Shown here one piece after another: positions 18,158 through 26,880 of a stretch of DNA of 32,000 nt. The translations under genes and the position numbers were made by a program. Source of the DNA: Thermococcus kodakarensis KOD1 (GTDB lineage Archaea > Methanobacteriota_B > Thermococci > Thermococcales > Thermococcaceae); assembly GCF_000009965.1 (NCBI RefSeq), contig NC_006624.1:660001-692000 (forward strand), written 5' to 3'. The notes beneath the pieces were generated by a model. The model was not told where the DNA came from, searched no databases, and worked only from the letters and a program-made list of their open reading frames with translations. Numbering within the stretch: position 1 is the first letter of the stretch; each line of letters begins with the position of its first letter.

Positions 18158-19061
18158 TGTCCATACCCTTCAGGAGCCTCTCCAGCTCTTCTGGCTTCAC
18201 CTCGGGGTTCTCAACTATGTTCTCGGTTTCCGGCTCCACGGGTTTTGGCTCTGCAGGATAAACCCTTGGCTCCGCTTTGGGCTTTTCGCTTTCAAGCTCA
18301 TCCTTGACCGCGAGGCTGAGGTAAACAGTCTTGAGGAGCTCTTCTATCAGGGCATCCTCCTCGGCAAAGATGTAGCCTTGGCCGACTATTATCTTTCCGT
18401 TAAGGCCGAGCTTCTCGACTGCCAGTGCGAGAATCTTTTCGTCGGGTACGGGCTCTGCCGGGAAGAGGTTCTTCCAGGCGTCCTCTATCTTCACTGGCCT
18501 GGCCCTCTTTTCGAGGAGCTCTTTAAGGCCCTCGTTCTCGCTGGCCAGCCTCTTATACTCCGAGTAGAGTTCATCGTACTTCTTCTGAAGCTCTTCGTGC
18601 TCCTTGTAGAGGGCCTCGTACTCGTTGGCAAGCTCGTCGTACTTGCCTTTGATGTCGAGGAGCTGCTTCCTGAGCTCCATGTACTCAGGAAGAACCTGGA
18701 GACTCTTGAGACCCGCCCTTACCAGGGTGTTTTTGAGTTCCTTCCTGACTAGCTCAACATCAACGTGCTCAAGGTCGTGGCCGAGCGGGAGCTTCATTCT
18801 CTCAATGTGGCCGACCATCTCACCGAGCTCGTTGAAGAGCCTCTCGGCAAGCTCTCTTCCTACCCTGTCCGCGTCGGTCGCTATGATAAGCAGGTCCGCG
18901 CCGGCCGCAGCGCTCTTCGCTATCTCAACGTTGGTAGTCGGGATTATCGCTGATATAGTGATGTTGTACTCGCTTCCAAGGGCGAGCCCCTGGAGGGCCT
19001 TGCTTACGACCTCTACGTCGCTTGCACCCTCTACCAGAATCCTTACGTCAACTATTGCCAT
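18150..19061 (-). CDS. Toprim-domain protein with a central coiled coil and an acidic/Pro-rich tail
   Basis: The Toprim Glu is in [11 protein letters not shown] and DxD is in [11 protein letters not shown] heptad-like K/E/L/Y-rich segment ([57 protein letters not shown]) follows. The ATG at 19061 is preceded by AGGTGG; the track's 19070 is a GTG. The stop overlaps the xerA start (ATGAGTGA, 18157-18150). Confidence 0.75.
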
Positions 19062-19106
19062 CTTTACCACCTAAACTCATCTTGGACATCGGGTTTAAAA
19101 CCGTTC

Positions 19107-19820
19107 TCATACTTCAACCTCAAGCTCGGGCCTTTCGAGGACGATTTTTCCATCGGGCAGGAGTGAGATGCTGAGGGCGTGGATTTCAACGCCCGCTTTT
19201 CTGGCCCCTTTGAGGAGCCTCGCTATCTCGGGGTCGCCTTTCTCGTAAGGCCTGAACTTTTCAACACCTGGCATTGCGCCGATGAAGAATATCATGGCCC
19301 TCTTTCCAGCTTTCGACAGCTCGATGAGCTCCCTTATGTGTCTCTGCCCCCTCGTTGATGGACAGTCAGGGTACATTGCATATTCCCCTTTCTCACCGCC
19401 CCTTAGGACGGCACTCTTCATCTCGGCGTAGACATCACCGCCGGGACATTCAAAGAGGTAGTCGAGGCGGGAGCTTCCGACTTTGATCTCCTTCTTCTTT
19501 ATGGAACAGTCCCTGAGCCAGGGGACGAGACCTAGCTCAAGGGCCCTCTCAAAGGCTCTTGCCTGCGTTCTGGTGTCGATCACTGCTCCTTTGCCCTCTT
19601 CATCTTCGAATGCGACTAAAACAAAGTCAGTCTTCCCCCCTTCCTTCGGAACGCAGAAGGCTTTTCTGCCAGGGATCATGAACTCTTCTAATCTTCCAGT
19701 GTTCGTTACCAATGCTTTCCTGGTCTCACCGTTTACCTCGACTAGAGCAACGAAGCGGTTGAGACGCTTAAGGAACGTGCATGGAACGACGTTTAGGGTG
19801 AGCAGTACGGGCTTCGCCAT
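19107..19820 (-). CDS. sfsA: SfsA (sugar fermentation stimulation protein A homolog)
   Basis: 237 aa. The sequence FLKRLNRFVALVEVNGETRKALVTNTGRLEE... with ...DYLFE......EMKS..L and ...HIRELIEL... is characteristic of the SfsA family. Confidence 0.9.
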   Translation of the reverse strand: MAKPVLLTLNVVPCTFLKRLNRFVALVEVNGETRKALVTNTGRLEEFMIPGRKAFCVPKEGGKTDFVLVAFEDEEGKGAVIDTRTQARAFERALELGLVPWLRDCSIKKKEIKVGSSRLDYLFECPGGDVYAEMKSAVLRGGEKGEYAMYPDCPSTRGQRHIRELIELSKAGKRAMIFFIGAMPGVEKFRPYEKGDPEIARLLKGARKAGVEIHALSISLLPDGKIVLERPELEVEV

Positions 19821-19833
19821 GAGTAAACCTACA

Positions 19834-19852
19834 CCGAAAGACGTTTTTAAAC
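19834..19852. promoter_or_regulatory. BRE/TATA element in the sfsA / 19881-gene divergent spacer
   Basis: CCGAAAG (19834-19840) plus GTTTTTAAAC (19843-19852) lies about 30-38 nt upstream of the ATG at 19881, which is itself preceded by GGTGG at 19873-19877. The near-palindromic A/T box is also about 25 nt from the sfsA ATG at 19820 on the other strand. Confidence 0.45.
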
Positions 19853-19880
19853 CTTGGTGGCAAAAAGGAACGGTGGTTCA

Positions 19881-20477
19881 ATGATACCCGAGGAGTTCAT
19901 CAAATACGCCTTCGAGGAGAGGGTTGCTTGAATAAGAAAGCTCGCAGAGGGGAAGTTCGACCCCTCGGTTTTGCTCGGCTTCACGCGGCACAACCCGGCA
20001 ATAATAACCTGCGGCAAAGCAGGGCCGAACGGGTCAATCAAGGGTATTGGCTTCATTCACAAGGAGGAATATTTAGAAGAGACCCTCCAGAAGCTCCGTG
20101 AGGAGCTGAAAAAGCCCTACAACCCCAGAGATGCTCTCAACTTTCTCCTCAACGAGATATATGTGAGGGAGAAAATAGACTTCACCAAGCTGGTATCCCT
20201 TGAGCTGGCTAAAAAGCACACGTGGACAAACATCACGGGAGGAAGCAGCGAGGCAACGGTGCTCTTCTTCACGCCCCCGAGCACCTCCTATGAGGTTCGG
20301 TGCGAGGTCGAGGTGCACGAGGACGACGAGGTGTGGGAGTACACAAACGCCGTCCACGACGTCTTTCACAGGCCAAAGAAACCGAGGGACTGGAGCAAGA
20401 CGCCCGCTTATCTTTTCAAAATCAAGGAGATTTACGACAATGGGGAGAAGGCGATGGGTGTGAGGATCTACCCATAA
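19881..20477 (+). pseudogene. conserved-looking hypothetical protein interrupted by an in-frame TGA at codon 17
   Basis: The ATG at 19881 has its own promoter and RBS and reads MIPEEFIKYAFEERVA, then TGA (19929-19931). The same frame then continues open (IRKLAEGKFDPSVLLGFTRHNPAIITCGKAGPNGSIKG...) to the TAA at 20475-20477. The track ORF needs a TTG at 19971 and has no RBS. Confidence 0.6.
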
Positions 20478-20555
20478 TTGTTAGGGTAGGGGAAGGGTAA
20501 TAACCTCAAACTTTTATCCGGTCACTGGATAATCCAGCAGGTGGATAATATTTGA

Positions 20556-21761
<1,206 letters not shown>

Positions 21762-21817
21762 TTCCTTACGTTCTTCCCAAATTTTTATAAGCAATCTCTT
21801 TGAGTCTTGATTTTGAT

Positions 21818-22503
21818 ATGGAATCAGGAATATTCAAAGTCCCGGCCAGATTTTCATGGGAGGCCCTGAAGAGGATAACATCAAGGCCAGACGTCCTTAT
21901 AGCTTCCCTGCCGTTTCCCGGGTCGCTTGATGGAAAAACTGTCTCAATACGCCTCCCTGGGAAGGTGTTCGGTTTCGCATTCTCAGGAAGCTTTGAGATG
22001 ACGTACGCCGATAACACTACAACTTACATAATGAAGTCCCCTCTGGGGCTTCTAATAGTCACCATCCAGCTTGATGGGGGTTTTCTGGTTTCTAGGGCTT
22101 CGGCCGATCTAGATGAGAGGTTTCTAAAGAAAAGCTCCTCAAAATTGCGGAGGGCTTTGGGAGGACTGCCCTGGCGTTTTCTGAGAGCTACGAGAGAGTT
22201 ATACCAAAAATAAGGCAGGAACACGGCAAGATCGTAGTATCTGACCTGAAACCTGGAGATCTGATTCATCTGGCCAGATACGTCCGTTTCTTTGGAGGAA
22301 AAGACACTTTTGAGATCGTTGGAACAGGGAAGGGGGAAATCAAGATTAAAGTGAAAGGCGGAAATCTCGAAGGGATCGAGTTCAGAGAAGATGGGAGTCT
22401 GGCAATAGTGGAAATCAAAAAACCCCTTCTCGGCGTTTCGGAGGATGAACTTTCAGACCTCGGCATCGGAGGAAGATACATCTTCAAAGTTCTCTGGGAC
22501 TGA
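21818..22503 (+). pseudogene. hypothetical protein split by a frame shift near 22115
   Basis: The ATG at 21818, about 30 nt after the TATA box CAAATTTTTATAAG, reads protein-like sequence to ...SRASADLDE. The track frame then degenerates into an R/S/L-rich tail. Meanwhile the frame starting at 22117 reads 128 clean codons (EVSKEKLLKIAEGFGRTALAFSESYERVIPKIRQEHGKIVVSDLKPGD...GRYIFKVLWD, stop at 22501-22503) with no usable start codon. Confidence 0.6.
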
Positions 22504-22758
22504 GTTTTCGGGATGAACCTCGGCGATCCCCTGACTTCTTCCATCAAAGAGCACATTCCTGTTCCTCCACAGCTCGAAGGCCAGAAACGTGGCCCCCATG
22601 AGGACACCGAGGATTATGTAGGGCGTTTTACTCGGAAGTGGCAGACCGCGGTGCCAGTTGTGGAGCAGGTAGTTCTGGTAGAGGAACAAATAGCCGAGCC
22701 ACGCTATTAGCACTGCCTCCACGATGTACTCTGCTATTTTTCCCCACCGCTCTTCCAT
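22453..22758 (-). CDS. hypothetical small membrane protein (2 TM)
   Basis: The sequence MEERWGKIAEYIVEAVLIAWLGYLFLY...TPYIILGVLMGATFLAFELW... contains two clear hydrophobic helices. It is divergent from xpd. Its 3' end overlaps the convergent 21818-22503 gene by 51 nt. The start is uncertain (22758 or 22764). Confidence 0.5.
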   Translation of the reverse strand: MEERWGKIAEYIVEAVLIAWLGYLFLYQNYLLHNWHRGLPLPSKTPYIILGVLMGATFLAFELWRNRNVLFDGRSQGIAEVHPENSVPENFEDVSSSDAEV

Positions 22759-22773
22759 GCCCATCACGGCAAA

Positions 22774-22796
22774 GGTTAAAACGGGCCGGTTAAAAC
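22774..22796. promoter_or_regulatory. duplicated GGTTAAAAC box in the divergent xpd / membrane-protein spacer
   Basis: GGTTAAAAC occurs at 22774-22782 and again at 22788-22796, inside a spacer of about 46 nt between start codons 22758 (-) and 22805 (+). These are candidates for two TATA boxes driving short-leader or leaderless transcripts. Confidence 0.35.
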
Positions 22797-22804
22797 CCTT
22801 TCCC

Positions 22805-24718
22805 ATGAGTGAGTACTTTCCCTACGAGAACCTCAGACCTAACCAGAGGGAGTTCATAGAACTCATCGGCGAGGCCGTCAAGAACGGCGAGAACGCGATA
22901 GTCGAAGCTCCAACGGGCTTTGGAAAGACGATCAGCGTTCTTGCTGGAGTTCTCCCCTTCGCCAAGGAGTACGGCTACAAGGTTCTCTATCTTGCCAGAA
23001 CCCACAGGCAGATGGACAGGGTTATTGAAGAGCTGAAAGCCATCCATCGAAAAAAGCCCGTTTCTGGCGTCGAGCTTAGGAGCAGGAAGGAGCTGTGCCT
23101 TCACACCTACCTCAAACAGTTCACCACCGATGCATACAACGCCATGGTCGTCTGTAAAAACCTGAAGAAGCTCGGGAAGTGCCCCTTCTATGAGAACGAG
23201 AAGAAGAAAAAGGCCGAGTTTGAGGAAGTCATACGGTTTTTCCTGACCGAACCGAGCCATCCGGCTGAGATCCTCAACTACGCCGAGACGCTTGAGCTGT
23301 GTCCCTACGACCTCACCAAGAGAATAGCGGAGAAAGCCGACGTAATAGTGGCCAGCTACCTCTACGCCCTAAGTCCAAGCATAAGGGAGAGCCTGATAAG
23401 CTCCCTCGGCGTTGATTACTCCGACCTTATTGTCATCTTTGACGAGGCTCACAACCTCCCAGACCAGGCAATCTCGGCATTGAGCGACAGGTTGAGCATA
23501 CACACGATAAACAGGGCAATAAAGGAGGCCGACGAGTACAGGGAGCACGAGATAGCTAACTTCCTGAGCATTCTCGGGAAGGGGCTTGAGAAGCTGTACT
23601 CGGAAAAGCTGGCCGAGAGAGACGTCGAAGAAGCCCCTGTACAGCCCGAGCTGGTCTTTACCCATGTTATTGAAATTCTGGGGATAAACGAACGCTGGCT
23701 CGTTAAGACGCTCAACGAGATGGTTTCGGTTGGGGATGCCATAAGGGAGGACCGCATAGAGAAAGGTAAACCCCCGAGGAGCTACGTTGGTAGGGTCGGA
23801 GAGTTCCTCCTGCTGTGGCTCTCCCTCATCGGTAGAGACGACTACCTCTTCCTGATGACGCGGGAGAAGGGTATGAGCCTTGAGCTCGTTGCCCTCGACC
23901 CGTCACGGGCGCTGTCCTTCATAAAAGACGTTCAGAGCGCGATATTTATGTCCGGAACTCTCACGCCGCTTGAGGCCTTCAGGGACGTTATGGGCATTGA
24001 AAACGCCAGGATGAAGAAGTTCCCGAGGATGGTGAAGAGGGAGAACGCTCAGGTGCTGGTTGCCAAGGACGTCTCGACGAGGGGAGACGAGCGCTCCCTC
24101 CAGGCTTACAGGAAAATGGTCGACTACATAGTTGAAGCGGTAAAGCTCATTCCCAAGAACGTCGGCGTCTTTACGGCCTCCTACGAGGTTCTCCAGGGCC
24201 TTCTCTCGGCAAATCTCGACGTAAAGCTCGAGGAAACTGGGAGGGCAGTTTTCATAGAACAGCAGGGTGTCTCTTCGAGGGAAAACGACCTCATGATAGC
24301 CCAGTTCAAGGCCCACGCGAAGGGAAACGGCGCCGTTCTGCTCGGCGTGATGGGGGGAAGAAACAGCGAGGGACAGGATTATTCTGGCGACGAGATGAAC
24401 GGCGTTGTCCTCGTCGGAATCCCCTATGCGAGGCCGACGCCGAGGGTTCAGGCCCAGATAAGGTACTTCGAGAAGAAGTTCCCTGGAAAGGGTCGCTACT
24501 ATGGCTATTACCTTCCAGCTCACAGAAAGCTCGTCCAGGCAGCTGGGAGGGTTCACCGCTCCGCTGAAGAGAAGGGGAGCATCGTAATCCTCGACTACCG
24601 CGTACTCTGGAGGAGCATAAGGAAGGATCTGCCCGACTGGATGAAGGAAACTATGAAGCCAGTAACTCTCCCGACGATGAGACTCTACCTCAAAAGGTTC
24701 TGGTCTAACGGACGGTGA
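22805..24718 (+). CDS. xpd: XPD (Rad3/ERCC2-type) 5'-3' DNA helicase with a 4Fe-4S domain
   Basis: The N-terminus is MSEYFPYENLRPNQREFI. The Walker A is APTGFGKT and the DEAH-box variant is IFDEAHNL. Four Cys lie in the FeS insert (ELCLH, VVCKN, GKCPF, ELCPYD). C-terminal motifs include GRVHRS. Confidence 0.93.
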   Translation: MSEYFPYENLRPNQREFIELIGEAVKNGENAIVEAPTGFGKTISVLAGVLPFAKEYGYKVLYLARTHRQMDRVIEELKAIHRKKPVSGVELRSRKELCLHTYLKQFTTDAYNAMVVCKNLKKLGKCPFYENEKKKKAEFEEVIRFFLTEPSHPAEILNYAETLELCPYDLTKRIAEKADVIVASYLYALSPSIRESLISSLGVDYSDLIVIFDEAHNLPDQAISALSDRLSIHTINRAIKEADEYREHEIANFLSILGKGLEKLYSEKLAERDVEEAPVQPELVFTHVIEILGINERWLVKTLNEMVSVGDAIREDRIEKGKPPRSYVGRVGEFLLLWLSLIGRDDYLFLMTREKGMSLELVALDPSRALSFIKDVQSAIFMSGTLTPLEAFRDVMGIENARMKKFPRMVKRENAQVLVAKDVSTRGDERSLQAYRKMVDYIVEAVKLIPKNVGVFTASYEVLQGLLSANLDVKLEETGRAVFIEQQGVSSRENDLMIAQFKAHAKGNGAVLLGVMGGRNSEGQDYSGDEMNGVVLVGIPYARPTPRVQAQIRYFEKKFPGKGRYYGYYLPAHRKLVQAAGRVHRSAEEKGSIVILDYRVLWRSIRKDLPDWMKETMKPVTLPTMRLYLKRFWSNGR

Positions 24719-25067
24719 ACTCCTTCTCCACCCTGACCCTCGCCCCGTTCACGTAGGCGTGCTTGACTACCATGTACCTGCCCGGTGGAAGCTCAAGGGG
24801 GAGCTTCTGCTCGATCGTCTCACCTGGTATGAGTACAATCATCTTCCTCAGGAATACGATCCCTGGGTCAAGCTTCTGCCAGTAGCCTATGAACTCGTAA
24901 AGCTCAACCTCGTTGTCGATCTCGACCTTCGTGGTGTTTGGGTTTGTTATCCAGAGGACAAGCTCGCCTTTTCGCTGCTTGACTTGTATCTCAAGCTCGA
25001 CCTCTGGAGGAGAACCGTAGGGTATAATCCCAATGCTGTCGTTGGAGGGGACTTTAATTATCTTCAT
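24705..25067 (-). CDS. hypothetical beta-rich small protein
   Basis: The sequence MKIIKVPSNDSIGIIPYGSPPEVELEIQVKQRKGELVLWITNPNTTKVEI... has alternating beta-strand-like patterning. The ATG at 25067 is preferred over the track start at 25181, whose first 38 codons lie in the repeat-rich noncoding zone. It overlaps the xpd 3' end convergently by 14 nt. Confidence 0.5.
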   Translation of the reverse strand: MKIIKVPSNDSIGIIPYGSPPEVELEIQVKQRKGELVLWITNPNTTKVEIDNEVELYEFIGYWQKLDPGIVFLRKMIVLIPGETIEQKLPLELPPGRYMVVKHAYVNGARVRVEKEFTVR

Positions 25068-25204
25068 CGGGATAAGAATACACGCTTTTCCAGAAAAGGT
25101 TTTCGCAAGAAACAGTTGGGGTACTCGGGCAAGCTTCGGAAGGAAAAAGTAATCAGTGCATTTGCTCTGGTATCCTAACATTCAGTCTAGAGACTGAGTA
25201 CTAG

Positions 25205-26045
25205 TTAGGGGCTTTAGAAAAAGCTCCACCAAAAGCTTGAATGTCTTCGAGAATTGGCTTAATGCAGTTAGATTCTCTTGATTGATGGACAGAGAAGTGG
25301 GGGTTTTCTTCCTTTTTAACGCCCTTCGGGTGATATGCTGTGAGTAACCCTCTTAAAATTGCTTATTAAGCGAGAATCTATCAAAAGGGAGCGAGGATGC
25401 AAGACATTAACTTTTCAAACAGGTGAGTTAGAAGAGTCATGAACATTTCGTCATCCGTTTAGGACGCTTGAACATTAGTGAAAGCGGCGCTGAAACTTTG
25501 CTTTGCAAAGTTTCATCAAAGTTCGTGGTTCTTGATTAGAAGGTGGTTCTAGGGAGATTTTCATTCACAGGAACTCACTGCATGAGTGTGAATTCAATTT
25601 TAGTAAGGGTTCTCGATGTGAGTTTGCTTTTTAATCGACGCCCGTAGGGCGTCAAGGGGAGAAAACTCCCTTTAGAAGGCCAAAATTGGGAAATTCATTA
25701 ATGTTTAGCTTGAGTATTTTGAAAATCCTTGTGGTGGAGCAATTCTAAGAAGAACCACGAGCCTTGATCAAACTCAATGGAACTACCGTTCCGTGCGTTG
25801 AAGCGGAGCTTCAACGTCGCGCAGGAAACTTTTGGAAAAAGCTTCACCAAAAGTGCTCCCTTTCTTTTGACTTTCCTGTCAAAGAGTGTATTCTCTACCA
25901 GAAAGCAACTTCACGCGGGTTTACTCTCAACATCTCTTGTTAATTGTGATTTTGACTTTCTTTTTAGTGCCCTTTGGGCACTATATTGTGAGAAAATCCT
26001 GCTAAATCAGCAGATTGGTGCGTAAACCCACTCAAAAGCCAGCTC
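25205..26045. repeat. degenerate repeat / hairpin cluster (noncoding, low G+C)
   Basis: Three kinds of element are present.
- Three copies of CTTTTTA(A/G) immediately followed by a GC hairpin with a GCCC-N3-GGGC core: 25312-25332, 25627-25653 and 25960-25981.
- The box GAAAAAGCT(C/T)CACCAAAAG at 25217-25235 and 25835-25853 (18/19 identical), plus an inverted, diverged copy at 25728-25745.
- Wider alignable modules at about 25212-25400 and 25829-26045. Confidence 0.6.
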
Positions 26046-26048
26046 GCT

Positions 26049-26094
26049 AAAAACGCATACTACTCTTCCGCCAGCGCTTGCGAAGCAAGGGCTG
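26049..26094 (-). terminator. hairpin plus T5 tract downstream of the tRNA
   Basis: Two nt after the CCA end on the minus strand lies a hairpin (26094-26072, 4+5 bp with one mismatch, GAA/TTC loop). The run TTTTT follows at 26053-26049. Confidence 0.4.
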
Positions 26095-26096
26095 AA

Positions 26097-26204
26097 TGGT
26101 GCCGGGGCGGGGCTTTGAACCCCGGACCTCTCGGTTTCTCAGGCTCCCCCGAAGGGGAGCGGCCCTATGAGCCGAGCGCTCTGACCAGGCTAAGCTACCC
26201 CGGC
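26097..26204 (-). tRNA. tRNA with anticodon CAU (elongator Met, or Ile2 if C34 is agmatidinylated) carrying a 30-nt intron and an encoded CCA
   Basis: A manual cloverleaf fold gives the following parts:
- acceptor GCCGGGG/CCCCGGC
- D arm GCTT/GAGC
- anticodon stem CTCGG/CCGAG with loop CT-CAT-A-[intron]-A
- T arm CGGGG-TTCAAAG-CCCCG
- discriminator A, then CCA

The intron (about 26165-26136) lies after position 37 and forms a GCTCCCC-TTCG-GGGGAGC hairpin. The G1:C72 pair argues against an initiator tRNA. Confidence 0.93.
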
Positions 26205-26240
26205 ACTTCCCGAGCGCTCGTCCTATACCTCAAGGAGGGC

Positions 26241-26256
26241 ATTTTTAAATCTTTCG
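26241..26256 (-). promoter_or_regulatory. BRE/TATA promoter of the tRNA gene
   Basis: The minus strand reads CGAAAG-ATTTAAAAAT, about 37-52 nt upstream of tRNA position 1 (26204). This fits the archaeal BRE (cGAAA) + TATA consensus. Confidence 0.5.
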
Positions 26257-26259
26257 GCG

Positions 26260-26880
26260 TCACCAGTAGTCGCCGTACGCGTACTGCCACGTGAGCCTTC
26301 TCCTGATGACCTTTCCGTAGTAGTAGCCTATCGCGATGCCCGCCAGCAGGCCTCCAAGGTGGGCGTATGCATTGACCCCAGGAAGGACGCTGTTTATCAG
26401 GAACAGGAAAAAGGCGTTCATCATGGCTGCCTGCATATTTCCACCGACGACACCGCTTATCGTTATCAACGCTCCGACTATTCCGAAGAGAGCACCGCTG
26501 GCTCCCGCACTGACGGTCATTGGGGGCTTGAGGAAGAGCGTCAGAACGTTTCCAACAAGCCCAGAGACGATGTAAGTCATCACAACCCTCCTCGGGCCGA
26601 GAACCCTTTCAAGCTGTCTCCCCATCGTCAGGAGAAAGTACATATTGAAGAATATGTGGATTATGTTGACGTGCACGAACATCGCCGTGAAGAGCTGCCA
26701 CCAGTAGCCGTAGTTGAGAACCGCGTAGTTCCACTGACCGAGGAGTGCCAGGACGCTGCCCCTTATGCTCAGGAAGTTCCCGCCGCTCAAAACTGCCTCG
26801 ACAACGTAAACGGCGACGTTGATTAGAAATAGCGTGAAGGTTGCCCGCCCGTAGCGGTGGAAGTAGTGCTCAAGGCTCAT
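26260..26880 (-). CDS. rhomboid-family intramembrane serine protease
   Basis: 206 aa and polytopic. It has HxxxN (HIFFNMYF), the catalytic GxSG (GASGALFG) and a downstream AHLGG with the catalytic His. Confidence 0.9.
   Translation of the reverse strand: MSLEHYFHRYGRATFTLFLINVAVYVVEAVLSGGNFLSIRGSVLALLGQWNYAVLNYGYWWQLFTAMFVHVNIIHIFFNMYFLLTMGRQLERVLGPRRVVMTYIVSGLVGNVLTLFLKPPMTVSAGASGALFGIVGALITISGVVGGNMQAAMMNAFFLFLINSVLPGVNAYAHLGGLLAGIAIGYYYGKVIRRRLTWQYAYGDYW

Noticed and set aside
22100-22125. Programmed -1 ribosomal frameshifting at the 21818-22503 junction
   Set aside because: There is no X-XXY-YYZ slippery heptamer in GATGAGAGGTTTCT and no evident downstream pseudoknot or hairpin. A 1-nt indel, by mutation or sequencing error, is the simpler explanation.
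25209-25216. A possible att-site duplicate of the tRNA 3' half (GGGGCTTT, also at 26108-26115)
   Set aside because: Only 8 nt match, and the match decays immediately (GGGGCTTTAGAA versus GGGGCTTTGAAC). That is too short to distinguish from chance without a proper search.
25777-26025. An 82-aa plus-strand ORF in the repeat block
   Set aside because: It spans the repeat modules and the hairpin, is F/L/S-rich, and has no RBS or promoter. It is most likely a chance ORF in noncoding DNA.
25205-26045. A CRISPR array
   Set aside because: The repeats are degenerate rather than near-identical. They are spaced about 317-330 nt apart rather than about 60-70 nt, they occur in only three copies, and no cas genes are in the window.
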